This document shows positions 1 to 9,534 of a DNA stretch of 64,000 nucleotides, one piece after another. Numbering within the stretch: the stretch's first letter is position 1; each line of letters starts with the position of its first letter. The notes beneath the pieces are model-generated. The model made no database searches and had not been told where the DNA came from. It saw only the letters and a list, made by a program, of their open reading frames with translations. The DNA is from Limnochordia bacterium. GTDB lineage: Bacteria > Bacillota > Limnochordia > DTU080. The stretch covers positions 365,382 to 429,381 of the forward strand of contig JBMNJG010000012.1 of NCBI GenBank assembly GCA_050951545.1, given 5' to 3'. The position numbers and the translations under genes were made by a program.

Positions 1-2
1 TG

Positions 3-2351
3 TCCGCACACTGGCAAGCGGCGGGCATTCCGGTGGATATCGCAGTCAGTGCAACCGATGTCCTGTCACCGCACCCGAGGTGGGAGCTCAAGCGCGCGAC
101 GGCCACCTACCTCTCTCCTGACGTGGAGGTGGTTGCTGGCGACACGAGTCTGAGCCTGGGTAGGGTGCTGCAGAGCAAGGAGATTCGTGGCCTGCGACTG
201 GCAGCGCCTCCCGGTTGGACATCTGGTGTTTTGCATGCGGTCACGACGATCGAAGGGTGGGTCGCCGACGGTTCCGAGGTCGAACTCCGCGTCAACGGAG
301 CCTACTTTGGCAAGCAAGTGGCGACAGACGGGTATTACGCCTTCAGACATGTGCCTCTGCAGATCACCAGAGCAAACCGTCTGGAGATTGTGGTCATTGA
401 GACGAGCGGCTTGCGCCGAGTGGAGACGCGTGTTCTAACGGCGACGCCGCGCCTTCTATCTGCGGGGAAGCTGCAGGCCTCAGCGGGTGGAGGTTGGGTG
501 AGATCCGAGAAGACTGGGGAGTGGGATTCGGCAGTGATGGGCGCATCTGCCTATACGGGTGTCACCTCGTGGCTTACAGTGGGTGGCGAACTAGCCCGGC
601 AGGTAATTCTCGATGGCAGCCAAGATCATCCGGATCATCTGGCAGGTGCCATAGGACTCGCCCTGCGGGCCAGCGACGGCCTAGTCTTTGCTCTGGACTG
701 GTTGGCCAGTCAACCACAGGGAGCAGTCGGTGCGCCCGCACAGGGAGCTGAGTTGACTGCTAGCCTGCGCATGGGACGTACATCGTGGCAGAGCATGATC
801 TTCTACCGAGAGCCAGACCTGTACCTGTTTTCACCGGGTGCGCCAGATACGCAAGGTTTTCGGGTGGTCGGCGAGTACAACATCAACCGCGCCTGGAGTC
901 TGCAAGGGTCCTATGAACTAGCCACTTCGGTCAGCGACTCATCTCGGTCTCCAAGAACCAGGGTTGGTGGCGTGCTGCAATGGACTCCTTCGCTTGATCG
1001 CTCCGTGGTGCTTCGCCTGAATCACGTCCCTAGAGATAGAGACAGGGTTTCCTTGACGCACCGCTACAGCAATGTACAAAAGGGTACTGAACTGAAGTCT
1101 GAGTCAGAGGCGACGTGGGTGGAACGTCCCCAGGCGTCGCCTGTTTTGACCAATGTCAGTGCCCGCTTAGAGTTCGACCAGGCTCTAGACAGCGCAAGCT
1201 ACCTGGGCCTACGCTACAGGGGGGTGGCAGATTGGCCTCTAGGCGGTGATCTTTCCCGGCGTGGCTTCGCACTGCTCACGAACACGGTCCAGGTCGACGC
1301 CACATGGATGCCAGGAACGTGGCACGTGTATGGAGCAGTGCAGATGACCGACGCTCGCGATACGAGCGGAGGAACGCCACCCTTCTACGAAAGCGGAGCT
1401 GTTCTCAGTATTTCGAGAATCACCGGGGTGTGGGTCAGCGGTATGGCAAGCGAACTCATACACATGCGCCGCAACAGCACTCCTTTGGGTTCCATAGTCA
1501 ACGGAGTCTATGTGGGAGCAAGACCCGAGCCCAAGGCTTTGGTCCTACTGAAGCTGGAGCACACTCAGCCTCTGTGGAGCGGCGTCTTTAGGGAGAGCAT
1601 GGGCATCTCGCTGAGCGCTGATGGACAACTGAGAAATGGCTTCCATCTCAGTGCGTTGGGGCGTGTCACAGTAACGCATGCGCAGCCTGAATATTACCTT
1701 GGCGTCACACTTAGTCAGGGCATCGGCTTTTCCGAGGGAGGTGTCCGCGGTTTTCGGGTTGTTGACGGTCGGCCCCTTGGATACGTCACAGGCACCGTGT
1801 ACATTGATGCCAATCGCAACGGTCGGCGGGATGCGGGTGAGAAGACTGTGGCTGGGGCTCCAATCGCCTTGGCTGGTCGGCGTACCGTCACCGATCGCGA
1901 CGGCAGGTACTGCTTTGAGTTTGTCAATCCGGGCACGTACCGGCTAGGGCTCGACCCTAACAAGCTGTCCGCTGACTACACCCCGTACAGCGACCCCGTG
2001 GTTATCCGCCTGCCCGCCAACGCGAATCTAAGCCAAGATTTCGGCGTTACTTTGAACGGCACTGTGGAGGGCACGGTCTTCGTGGACCTCAATGGCGATG
2101 GCCTGTGGCAACCCGAAGAACCTCGGCCAGCATGGGTCAAGGTGGCTCTGAATGGAACTATCGAGGCGTTCACGGATAGCCGGGGCAACTTCACCCTGAG
2201 CAACGTGAATCTCGGCACGTACCAATTGGCGGTCCCTGAGTCAAGTCTTCCTCCTGGAACTATAGCCCCTGCACCTATCGACATTAAGATCACGGAGGAT
2301 AACCTGGATGTGTGGGGTATACGAGTGCCGCTGACGCTTATGGGCAACTAG
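3..2351 (+). CDS. Fimbrial usher-like outer-membrane protein with two C-terminal SdrD-B/Cna-B-like domains (5' truncated by window edge)
   Basis: Frame is open from position 3. Usher-like motifs SEVELRVNG, NRLEIVVIETSG, LLSAGK and YTGVTSWLTVGG, with amphipathic beta-strands. C-terminal repeats VTGTVYIDANRNG and VEGTVFVDLNGDG. Confidence 0.65.
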   Translation, partial: SAHWQAAGIPVDIAVSATDVLSPHPRWELKRATATYLSPDVEVVAGDTSLSLGRVLQSKEIRGLRLAAPPGWTSGVLHAVTTIEGWVADGSEVELRVNGAYFGKQVATDGYYAFRHVPLQITRANRLEIVVIETSGLRRVETRVLTATPRLLSAGKLQASAGGGWVRSEKTGEWDSAVMGASAYTGVTSWLTVGGELARQVILDGSQDHPDHLAGAIGLALRASDGLVFALDWLASQPQGAVGAPAQGAELTASLRMGRTSWQSMIFYREPDLYLFSPGAPDTQGFRVVGEYNINRAWSLQGSYELATSVSDSSRSPRTRVGGVLQWTPSLDRSVVLRLNHVPRDRDRVSLTHRYSNVQKGTELKSESEATWVERPQASPVLTNVSARLEFDQALDSASYLGLRYRGVADWPLGGDLSRRGFALLTNTVQVDATWMPGTWHVYGAVQMTDARDTSGGTPPFYESGAVLSISRITGVWVSGMASELIHMRRNSTPLGSIVNGVYVGARPEPKALVLLKLEHTQPLWSGVFRESMGISLSADGQLRNGFHLSALGRVTVTHAQPEYYLGVTLSQGIGFSEGGVRGFRVVDGRPLGYVTGTVYIDANRNGRRDAGEKTVAGAPIALAGRRTVTDRDGRYCFEFVNPGTYRLGLDPNKLSADYTPYSDPVVIRLPANANLSQDFGVTLNGTVEGTVFVDLNGDGLWQPEEPRPAWVKVALNGTIEAFTDSRGNFTLSNVNLGTYQLAVPESSLPPGTIAPAPIDIKITEDNLDVWGIRVPLTLMGN

Positions 2352-2411
2352 GGCGCGCAGGCGCGGCCATTAGCTAGTGAACTGTGACGGGTAAGTAGTC
2401 TGTAGCGTGGT

Positions 2412-2440
2412 ATGAAAAAGGGCGCCGACTTCGGCGCCTT
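2412..2440 (-). terminator. Rho-independent terminator downstream of the 6S RNA
   Basis: Minus strand reads aaggcgccga-ag-tcggcgccc-ttttt: a GC hairpin followed by a U-run. Confidence 0.8.
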
Positions 2441-2446
2441 AAGATT

Positions 2447-2626
2447 AGAGACCGCCCTGCCGCTGCCCGTTCGATTTTCGAGAACCATCCCCCAAAGGTG
2501 GTTGTCCGCACAGCTGCTTTCAACGTCCAGGTGTGTATCCCGGCGTGTTGGCCACAACCGTATTGGATTCCCGAAATCACGCGATAGGTTCTGAAATGCG
2601 TGGGGCTGGCGCACAGCGCAGTCAGC
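2447..2626 (-). ncRNA. ssrS: 6S RNA (SsrS)
   Basis: About 180 nt with no credible ORF, between a sigma-A promoter and a terminator. The 5' arm GACUGCGCUGUGCGCCAGCCC pairs with the 3' arm GGGCAGCGGCAGGGCGGUC, and UUUCAGAACC pairs with GGUUCUCGAAA. It carries Firmicute 6S-like words GCCAACA..GGGA, CCACC..GGUUC and CGGCA. Confidence 0.72.
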
Positions 2627-2632
2627 ATCATC

Positions 2633-2661
2633 ATCATACCCTTTGGAGGGCCGTTCTGCAA
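2633..2661 (-). promoter_or_regulatory. Sigma-A promoter of the 6S RNA
   Basis: TTGCAG-17 bp-TATGAT on the minus strand. Confidence 0.65.
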
Positions 2662-2755
2662 GTCTAGATGCTGCCATCCCTGCCTTTTCTCCTAGACGGC
2701 TCGGGCCTGGTGCATTACCATAAACACATGCACCCCGCTTATGGAGGTTTGATCT

Positions 2756-3391
2756 ATGGCCGTACACGTACGTACCTTCGTCGTCGGACCGATCGAGACC
2801 AACTGCTATCTGGTGATAGACGATCGGAGCCAAAACGCTGTGGTTGTCGACCCGGGAGATACGTGCGCCACTCTTGAGGCGGCACTGGGCGAGGTGACCC
2901 TGACAGACATTCTGCTTACACATACCCACTTTGATCACATAGGCGGTGTCAATCGCCTGGTCGAGCTCACGGGTGCTCGGGTGTGGGCCCATAGGCTTGA
3001 GGCCGATTGGCTAGGCGATCCCACACGCAACCTTTCAGCGGCTATGGAGGAGTACACCCCTTTGGTGCGCGTTCCTCGTCCCTCGGTTGTCCTCTGCGGT
3101 GGCGAGGAAACCCACCTAGTGGGACAGAGTCTACGAGTCGCGCATGCGCCGGGGCATACTCCTGGTCATGTCATCTATGTGCTCGGCGATATTGCCTTCG
3201 TGGGTGATGTTATCTTTCGCGGCTCTGTGGGGCGTACCGATTTCCCTGGCGGTGATAGCCAGACCCTTCTAGAGAGCATCGAAAGCCAAGTGCTGACGTT
3301 GCCCGCCCAGACTCGCTTGCTGCCTGGTCACGGCCCCACCACAACAGTAGGTAACGAACGCCAGCACAACCCGTTCGTGGCTGCCCGTTAA
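2756..3391 (+). CDS. MBL-fold metallo-hydrolase (glyoxalase II/YcbL family)
   Basis: THTHFDHIGG, PGHTPG, GDVIF, GRTDFPGG and PGHG motifs; RBS GGAGG. Confidence 0.9.
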   Translation: MAVHVRTFVVGPIETNCYLVIDDRSQNAVVVDPGDTCATLEAALGEVTLTDILLTHTHFDHIGGVNRLVELTGARVWAHRLEADWLGDPTRNLSAAMEEYTPLVRVPRPSVVLCGGEETHLVGQSLRVAHAPGHTPGHVIYVLGDIAFVGDVIFRGSVGRTDFPGGDSQTLLESIESQVLTLPAQTRLLPGHGPTTTVGNERQHNPFVAAR

Positions 3392-3401
3392 GGGGATACT
3401 G

Positions 3402-4484
3402 CTATGCCAAGAGCTCCTTCAGTACCGTGCGATCAAGTTTCTTGATCACCGCGACCACCAAGCGTACGGTGTTCTCGAAATCGTCACGGTGAATTACAGA
3501 TGCCGCTGAGTGAATGTAACGGGTCGGAAAACCGATCACCACAGAGGGCACACCGCGCCCGTGAAGGTGGATACGGCCTGCATCCGTGCCGCCACCAGCT
3601 AGAGCCTCGAACTGAATCGGTATTCCTTCCTCTTTGGCAGTATCAATGAACAGGTTGCGCAAGCCCACATGAGGTACCATGCTGGCATCATACAGGAGGA
3701 TGGCTGGGCCCTGTCCCAGCTTGGATTGGGCCTCGTGTTTCCCTATTCCGGGGGTGTCACCTGCAATGCAGACGTCGAGAGCGATACCGATGTCTGGCTG
3801 CACGGCATGGGCACTGGTCATGGCGCCGCGCAGCCCAACCTCCTCTTGTACGGTCATCACCCCAAACACGGTATTGGGGTGTTGCTCTCCCTGCAGCGCC
3901 CGCAGAACCTCTACCACAGTTGCACATCCAATACGATTGTCCCAGGCCTTGGCCATCAGATAGCGATCATTGGCCATCACCGTGAACGGACAGACTGGTA
4001 CGATCGGGTCGCCAGGTGTCACGCCCTTGGCCTCGGCCTCTGCTTTGTCCCTGACACCGATGTCAATGAACATGTTTTTCTTTTCGACAGGTTTGCGACG
4101 CTCATCGCCAGAGAGCACATGCGGCGGTTTGGAGCCAATGATGCCAGGAATATCGCCTTGGCGCGTCTTGACCACTACTCGTTGGGCCAGCATGACTTGC
4201 TCCCACCAGCCGCCCAGGGTCTGAAAGCGCAAGAACCCCTCATCGGTAATCGAGCTAACGAGGAAGCCTATCTCATCCATGTGCCCAGCGATCATCACTC
4301 GTGGTCCCGCTGAGTCACAGCTCTTTTTGGCGATGAGACTACCTAGGTTATCCTTTTCCACCGTCTCCGCGACAGGTAGGAGCAGTCGCTTCAGAACAGC
4401 ACTCGCTTCCCCTTCGAATCCAGGAAGACCCGCAGCCTCTGTCAGCTCGCGTAGCATCTCCAACTGTGCATCCACCGTACCCAC
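3402..4484 (-). CDS. M42 family aminopeptidase (YsdC/FrvX-like)
   Basis: [32 protein letters not shown] and RYIHS motifs. Confidence 0.92.
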   Translation of the reverse strand: MGTVDAQLEMLRELTEAAGLPGFEGEASAVLKRLLLPVAETVEKDNLGSLIAKKSCDSAGPRVMIAGHMDEIGFLVSSITDEGFLRFQTLGGWWEQVMLAQRVVVKTRQGDIPGIIGSKPPHVLSGDERRKPVEKKNMFIDIGVRDKAEAEAKGVTPGDPIVPVCPFTVMANDRYLMAKAWDNRIGCATVVEVLRALQGEQHPNTVFGVMTVQEEVGLRGAMTSAHAVQPDIGIALDVCIAGDTPGIGKHEAQSKLGQGPAILLYDASMVPHVGLRNLFIDTAKEEGIPIQFEALAGGGTDAGRIHLHGRGVPSVVIGFPTRYIHSAASVIHRDDFENTVRLVVAVIKKLDRTVLKELLA

Positions 4485-4569
4485 TCCCTCTGCAAAATCC
4501 TTCTACCCTACATCATCGACATGAGTGACTCTCACTTCCATGGTTCGTGGGGGTAGCCCGCCCGTGCGC

Positions 4570-5268
4570 TTACTTCTTCAGGAGTTCTTTGACGTCGCAT
4601 CTGCGCCAATCTGCATATCCTAGAAGAAGCCCAAGATGAGAGGCCACTCGGTCTGCTACCTCACACTCCGGAGGGGGCACCATCCCCAGTTCTGTGAGCG
4701 ATGTTACCTCGCCTCCCACAATCCCGCACGGCACGATGTCTCGCATGGCACTTAGCGAATTCCGTAGGTTTAAGGCAAAGCCGTGCATCGTCACGCGTCG
4801 CACGATCTTGATCCCTATACTGGCGATCTTCGCTTGTCCCACCCAGATGCCTGTCTGCGTGGCATGGCGCTCCCCTGCCACCCCAAGGTCCCTGAGCACA
4901 CAAAGGATGGCTTCCTCGAGAAGACGGACATACCTGTGTACATCGTACTGAAGCAAGACCAGGTCTACGATACCGTAACCCACGAGTTGTCCCGGACCAT
5001 GGTAGGTGATGCTGCCTCCCCGATCGGACTGGAATAATCGAGCCCCGTGTCGCTGCAGAGTCTCTGCCGAAGGAAGATGCTCAGGCAGCGTGCGTGTGCC
5101 AGTCGTATAGACGGGGGGATGCGTGAGCAGTACAAGGCAATCTCCCACACGCTTCTCAGCGCGGGCGCGAGCTAGGCTCAGCTGCCATCGATAGGCGGTC
5201 TCGTAATCCATGCAGCCCGCCCAGCAGTAGTGCAGGGCTTCTCGATCTGTGGACGCCTGGCTACTCAT
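4570..5268 (-). CDS. lipB: Lipoyl(octanoyl) transferase LipB
   Basis: HPPVYTTG, DRGGSITYHGPGQLVGY, KIASIG, HGFALN and IVPCG motifs. The ATG overlaps the E2 stop (TGATG). Confidence 0.9.
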   Translation of the reverse strand: MSSQASTDREALHYCWAGCMDYETAYRWQLSLARARAEKRVGDCLVLLTHPPVYTTGTRTLPEHLPSAETLQRHGARLFQSDRGGSITYHGPGQLVGYGIVDLVLLQYDVHRYVRLLEEAILCVLRDLGVAGERHATQTGIWVGQAKIASIGIKIVRRVTMHGFALNLRNSLSAMRDIVPCGIVGGEVTSLTELGMVPPPECEVADRVASHLGLLLGYADWRRCDVKELLKK

Positions 5269-6437
5269 CAGTAGATGGGAGTTGTGTCGTCGTAGGATTC
5301 TAGCCTGTGACGCACCGAGCGAAGAAAGCGTCCGATAACAGCGCCATCCAGAACGCGATGATCTAGCGAGACGCACAGGTTGACCATGCTGCGAATGGCG
5401 ATGCCTTCGCCGACCACGACAGGCCGACGGTTAATCGTTTCCATGCTGAGAATGGCTGCCTGCGGGTAATTGATGATCGGCGCCGACATCACCGAGCCAA
5501 AGGCACCCGTGTTGTTGATCGTGAACGTGCCGTCCTGAACGTCGTCCGGACGCAGAGTACCAGCCCTGGCACGAGTGGCTAGATCGTGTACCGCCCAGGC
5601 CAGACCCACGATACTCTTCTGATCTGCGTCTTTGATGACTGGTACAATCAGCCCGTCCTCCAGATCGACGGCGATACCGATGTTGATGTGCCGCTTGACC
5701 ACAATGCGGTCCTCGTGCCACTGTGAGTTCAGAATGGGATACTCTCGCAGGCCCTCGACGGCTGCCTTGATCACAAAGGCCAGATAGGTAAGGTTAAACC
5801 CGTGCCGCTGGCGGAAACCCTCCTTTATGGACTCTCTGAGACGTGTGAGAGGAGTGACATCTACCTCTACCATCGTCCAGGCGTGAGGCACAGTGCGCTT
5901 GCTCTCGATCATCCGCTCAGCGATGGCTCGTCGCATGCGGGTCAGGGGTACTACGGCGTCGCCGTCCTCTCTAGGAATCTCTCCTCTAAGAGCTCGACGC
6001 TCGATCTCCGCTTCCATATCTCGTCGGGTGACACGTCCCTCTGCGCCACTTCCGATGAGCGACGCAGGTTCGATGCCACTCTCCGTCGCCAGATGCCGGA
6101 CCGCTGGCGTGTATGTATGGGGCCGACGCGTTTCTGAAGGGGGCTCCTCCTGAACGGGTTCGTCTGGGAGAATAGCCTCTTCTGGTATCTGATCGCGGTC
6201 GTCGCTGCTCAGCAGAGCGATGGGCGCTCCGACTTTGACAGTCTGGCCCTCTTCGGCGAGTAAAGCCTGGACCACACCAGCGACTGGCGATGGTATCTGT
6301 GCATTCACCTTGTCGGTGTCAATCTCTACCAGGGGTTCGTCTAGCTCTACACTCTCGCCCACGGCTTTTAGCCAGCGGCCAATCACCCCCTCTACGACAC
6401 TCTCTCCCAGCTTCGGCATGGTGATCTCTGTGGTCAT
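5268..6437 (-). CDS. bkdB: 2-oxoacid dehydrogenase E2 dihydrolipoamide acyltransferase (branched-chain type)
   Basis: Lipoyl domain MPKLGESV..TDKV, peripheral subunit-binding domain GSGAEGRVTRRD, catalytic DHRVLDG. Confidence 0.88.
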   Translation of the reverse strand: MTTEITMPKLGESVVEGVIGRWLKAVGESVELDEPLVEIDTDKVNAQIPSPVAGVVQALLAEEGQTVKVGAPIALLSSDDRDQIPEEAILPDEPVQEEPPSETRRPHTYTPAVRHLATESGIEPASLIGSGAEGRVTRRDMEAEIERRALRGEIPREDGDAVVPLTRMRRAIAERMIESKRTVPHAWTMVEVDVTPLTRLRESIKEGFRQRHGFNLTYLAFVIKAAVEGLREYPILNSQWHEDRIVVKRHINIGIAVDLEDGLIVPVIKDADQKSIVGLAWAVHDLATRARAGTLRPDDVQDGTFTINNTGAFGSVMSAPIINYPQAAILSMETINRRPVVVGEGIAIRSMVNLCVSLDHRVLDGAVIGRFLRSVRHRLESYDDTTPIY

Positions 6438-6462
6438 GTGTCACATTCACCTCCCGACATGG

Positions 6463-7449
6463 TTAGTAACGAATAAGCTCACGTAGAGAAACCTCCAACT
6501 GCCTTTCGCCCGGCAGTAGCTCCGCTTCCACCAAGTGATTGTACGGCATCGTCGGGATATCGGGAGACCCAAGGCGTTTTACTGGGGCATCGAGATAGAG
6601 GAAGCACTGGTCGGCTACGAGGGCCGCTACTTCGCCCCCTATCCCTCCAGTGAGATTGTCCTCATGCGCGATGAGCAGCCTACCCGTTTTCCTGACAGAG
6701 TGAACGATGGTAGCCTCGTCCATGGGGCGCAGGGTCCTTAGATCAAGCACTTCCACCGACATCCCTTCGAGTGCTAGACGCTGCGCCACTGCCAAAGCGT
6801 CATGGACCATCATCCCATAGGTGACGACTGTGGCCTGGGTGCCTTCCTGCTTGATGTCCGCCACCCCGATTGGCAGCATATGGTCATCGCAGTCGGGAAC
6901 CTCACCTTTGATGGCCCGATAGGAGCGCTTATGCTCGAGGAAAAGAACCGGGTCAGGATCATCAATAGCGGCCGCTAACAGCCCCGCCATGTCGTACGGT
7001 GTGCAGGGCGCCACGATTTTTAGGCCGGGTGTGCTGAAGAAGAGGGCTTCGACACTTTGCGAATGATAGAGACCTCCGGCGATCCCCGCGCCGTAGGGCA
7101 CTCGGATGACCAAGGGGCATGCATAGCCATTGTTAGAACGATAGCGGATCTTGGCCGCTTCATTGATGATCTGGTCGACAGCAGAATGGATGAAGTCTGC
7201 AAACTGGATTTCCACGACTGGCCGTAGCCCGGCCATGGCGGCCCCCACCGCAATACCCACGATGCCTGATTCCGCCAATGGGGTGTCAATGACCCTGTGC
7301 TCGCCAAATTCCTCTATCAGACCCTCAGTCGCGTGAAACACACCACCCGCTCGCCCTACATCCTCGCCTAACACGATCATGCTCGGGTCGCGTCGCATCC
7401 TGGCCATGAGCGTGTCACGCACCGTCTCGATCATGTTCTTCGCTGTCAT
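6463..7449 (-). CDS. bkdA2: 2-oxoacid dehydrogenase E1 beta subunit
   Basis: GEDVG..GGVF, DTPLAESGI, EIQFADF and YHSQS motifs. Confidence 0.88.
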   Translation of the reverse strand: MTAKNMIETVRDTLMARMRRDPSMIVLGEDVGRAGGVFHATEGLIEEFGEHRVIDTPLAESGIVGIAVGAAMAGLRPVVEIQFADFIHSAVDQIINEAAKIRYRSNNGYACPLVIRVPYGAGIAGGLYHSQSVEALFFSTPGLKIVAPCTPYDMAGLLAAAIDDPDPVLFLEHKRSYRAIKGEVPDCDDHMLPIGVADIKQEGTQATVVTYGMMVHDALAVAQRLALEGMSVEVLDLRTLRPMDEATIVHSVRKTGRLLIAHEDNLTGGIGGEVAALVADQCFLYLDAPVKRLGSPDIPTMPYNHLVEAELLPGERQLEVSLRELIRY

Positions 7450-8453
7450 GGCGCGTCCCCCTCTGCGTAAACGAATCGACATGCAGCCTCGGGGGTGAGC
7501 TCAGGCGCAGCCGCGGCTTGCTCTGCAGCCTCCGCCACCTCATCATGAATCTGCTTCTCCCACTGTTTTGCTTCGGGTTCGCTCAGCAAGCCCTGTGATA
7601 GCAGGTAGTCGCGAAAACGCAGGAGAGGATCTTTGGCCTGCCATTGCTCCACTTCAGAGCGTGTCCGATAGCGTCGATCGTCATCGTTTGAGGTGTGGGG
7701 TGCGAGACGATAGGTCTTGGCTTCCAGGAGTGTTGGACCGTCTCCTCGTCGAGCCCGTTCGACTGCCGCGCGAGTTGCCTCGTAAACAGCTAGAACGTCG
7801 TTGCCGTCCACTGATACCCCCGGAAATCCGTAGGCTGCAGCCCGATCGGCAACATTAGCGACCGGAGACTGCCGCGAAAAAGGCACTGAAATGGCGTATT
7901 GGTTGTTTTGGCAGAAGAAGACCACTGGCAGGCGGTGTATACCCGCAAAGCTGAGAGCCTCATGGAAATCGCCCTTGCTACTAGCGCCGTCGCCAAAGCA
8001 CACCAGAGCCACGGCGTCTTCGCCAGTGAGCCGCGCCGCCAGAGCACACCCCACAGCGTGTGGCAGTTGCGTGGCCACCACGCTTGAGCTGCTCACAATA
8101 CGCAACCGAGGATTACTCCAGTGCTTTGGCATCTGGCGGCCACCGCTGTTGGGGTCATCCGCCTTGGCGAACTCCCCCAGGAAAAGCTCGTAGCAGCTGA
8201 CACCTAACGTGAGCACCATCGCTGTGTCACGGTAGTAGGGCAAGACCCAGTCAATACCTGGGCGTAGGGCCCAGGCCGCACCTACTTGCGCTGCTTCGTG
8301 GCCCTGTCCCCCTACGGTGAAACTCACTTTCCCCTGACGAACGAGTACAGAAGCCCGTTCATCTACAGCCCGAGCCACAAGCAAGAGGCGATACATTCGG
8401 CGTACATCATCGTCGCTGAGATCTAGCTCTTGATGACGCAACTGCTCTGACAC
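7446..8453 (-). CDS. bkdA1: 2-oxoacid dehydrogenase E1 alpha subunit
   Basis: GQGHEAAQ, PYYRD, GGRQMPKH, TPP motif GDGASSKGDFHE..NNQYAIS, and HTSNDD. Confidence 0.88.
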   Translation of the reverse strand: MSEQLRHQELDLSDDDVRRMYRLLLVARAVDERASVLVRQGKVSFTVGGQGHEAAQVGAAWALRPGIDWVLPYYRDTAMVLTLGVSCYELFLGEFAKADDPNSGGRQMPKHWSNPRLRIVSSSSVVATQLPHAVGCALAARLTGEDAVALVCFGDGASSKGDFHEALSFAGIHRLPVVFFCQNNQYAISVPFSRQSPVANVADRAAAYGFPGVSVDGNDVLAVYEATRAAVERARRGDGPTLLEAKTYRLAPHTSNDDDRRYRTRSEVEQWQAKDPLLRFRDYLLSQGLLSEPEAKQWEKQIHDEVAEAAEQAAAAPELTPEAACRFVYAEGDAP

Positions 8454-8469
8454 GAGAACTCCTCCCTAC

Positions 8470-9009
8470 TTACCGCCAGTTAAAGGTGTTTACAGCCTTT
8501 ATCCAGTAGCGTCTTGTATCGCCAGCGTAGTCCTTTTCGTTACACCACAACTCCAGAGCGACAGCGTCGGCTCCCTTAAGATAAACGACGAGGCGGATCA
8601 TGGCCGTAGCGCCTGCAGGAGTCTGTCCGGTCGCGACAAGGAACTTGGCTTTCACCCCACGGGAGGTGGTGATATCGCTCTCCTCTGTCACTTTGACGTT
8701 GGATAGTACGTGTTGCCAGCGTCCGAGTACGGCCTGCTTGATACCCGCGTAGCCTCCTCTGACCTTAGCTACAGAGCTCACCCGCATAGTGGGCCCTTCT
8801 TTTTTCAGTGTGATATCCAGTGAGCGTTCCTGAAAGATGTGTTTCGGAGCGTAAGACTCGGCCTTGGCAGGCACGAACATCTCATACTTAGGACCATCAT
8901 CCCAGTACCACCAGTACTCCGCGTCTTCCGAAAGGTAGTATTCCCCGGCCTGTGCCGCCGTTGCGGTCAGCACCACAAGGACCAGCGCCAACGCTGCGCG
9001 CTGTCGCAT
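8470..9009 (-). CDS. Secreted hypothetical protein
   Basis: ATG with GGAGG RBS; signal peptide ending AQA; mature domain of about 155 aa with an aromatic-rich N-terminus. Confidence 0.6.
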   Translation of the reverse strand: MRQRAALALVLVVLTATAAQAGEYYLSEDAEYWWYWDDGPKYEMFVPAKAESYAPKHIFQERSLDITLKKEGPTMRVSSVAKVRGGYAGIKQAVLGRWQHVLSNVKVTEESDITTSRGVKAKFLVATGQTPAGATAMIRLVVYLKGADAVALELWCNEKDYAGDTRRYWIKAVNTFNWR

Positions 9010-9246
9010 CTTCTCATCCTCCAATACATTGGATAGTGCAAGTTCTTCCATGACAAGCCACGCGTGTCCTGCCAGCATCGCTGCCGTTGACATGTGCCTT
9101 TTCATGCTACCCTTCTGCCAGGGGTTCAAACCCTCCGTACACGCCACTTCCGAGGCAAGGCGCGTGTGGTGGACAGATCTGGAGTGCATACTAGTCTCAG
9201 ACATAGATCACCATCAGAAGAGAGGACTAGAAGGAGGCAGAACGCG

Positions 9247-9522
9247 TTGTCCCAGCTGACACAGCGAGAGTTTCTCTTTCTGGACGATGCTCTGCACGCG
9301 ACGCAGGTGGGGAGCAAGTGCTTTGCCGATATGGCTCAGCGCTGCCAGGAGCCCGCACTTCGTGAGCTGTGCACAAACCTCGCCCAGATGCATCAGCGTC
9401 ATTTCGAGCGACTAACACGTTACGTGAGTACTGGACAGGGAGAGTCCCAGCAGTCTCAGTGGATGCAAGGCCAACCAGCATACGTGAGCCCGTATGCAAC
9501 CCAAACCGTCGGAAGTAGCTAG
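9247..9522 (+). CDS. Small spore-coat-associated protein (Coat F/ferritin-like helical)
   Basis: TTG start after AGGAGG; LTQREFLFLDDAL..CQEPALRELC..HQRHF pattern; paired with the downstream Coat F gene. Confidence 0.65.
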   Translation: MSQLTQREFLFLDDALHATQVGSKCFADMAQRCQEPALRELCTNLAQMHQRHFERLTRYVSTGQGESQQSQWMQGQPAYVSPYATQTVGSS

Positions 9523-9534
9523 GGGCGTTAGGAG

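Noticed and set aside
2348-2992. ORFs 2348-2992(-), 2374-2661(-) and 2412-2594(+)
   Set aside because: They overlap the 6S RNA, its terminator and the MBL gene, and show no motifs or RBS.
3669-4313. Long antisense ORFs (for example 3669-4313, 21677-22198, 27901-28473, 36274-36909, 46459-47034, 63016-63597)
   Set aside because: They are shadows of well-supported opposite-strand genes in GC-rich DNA.
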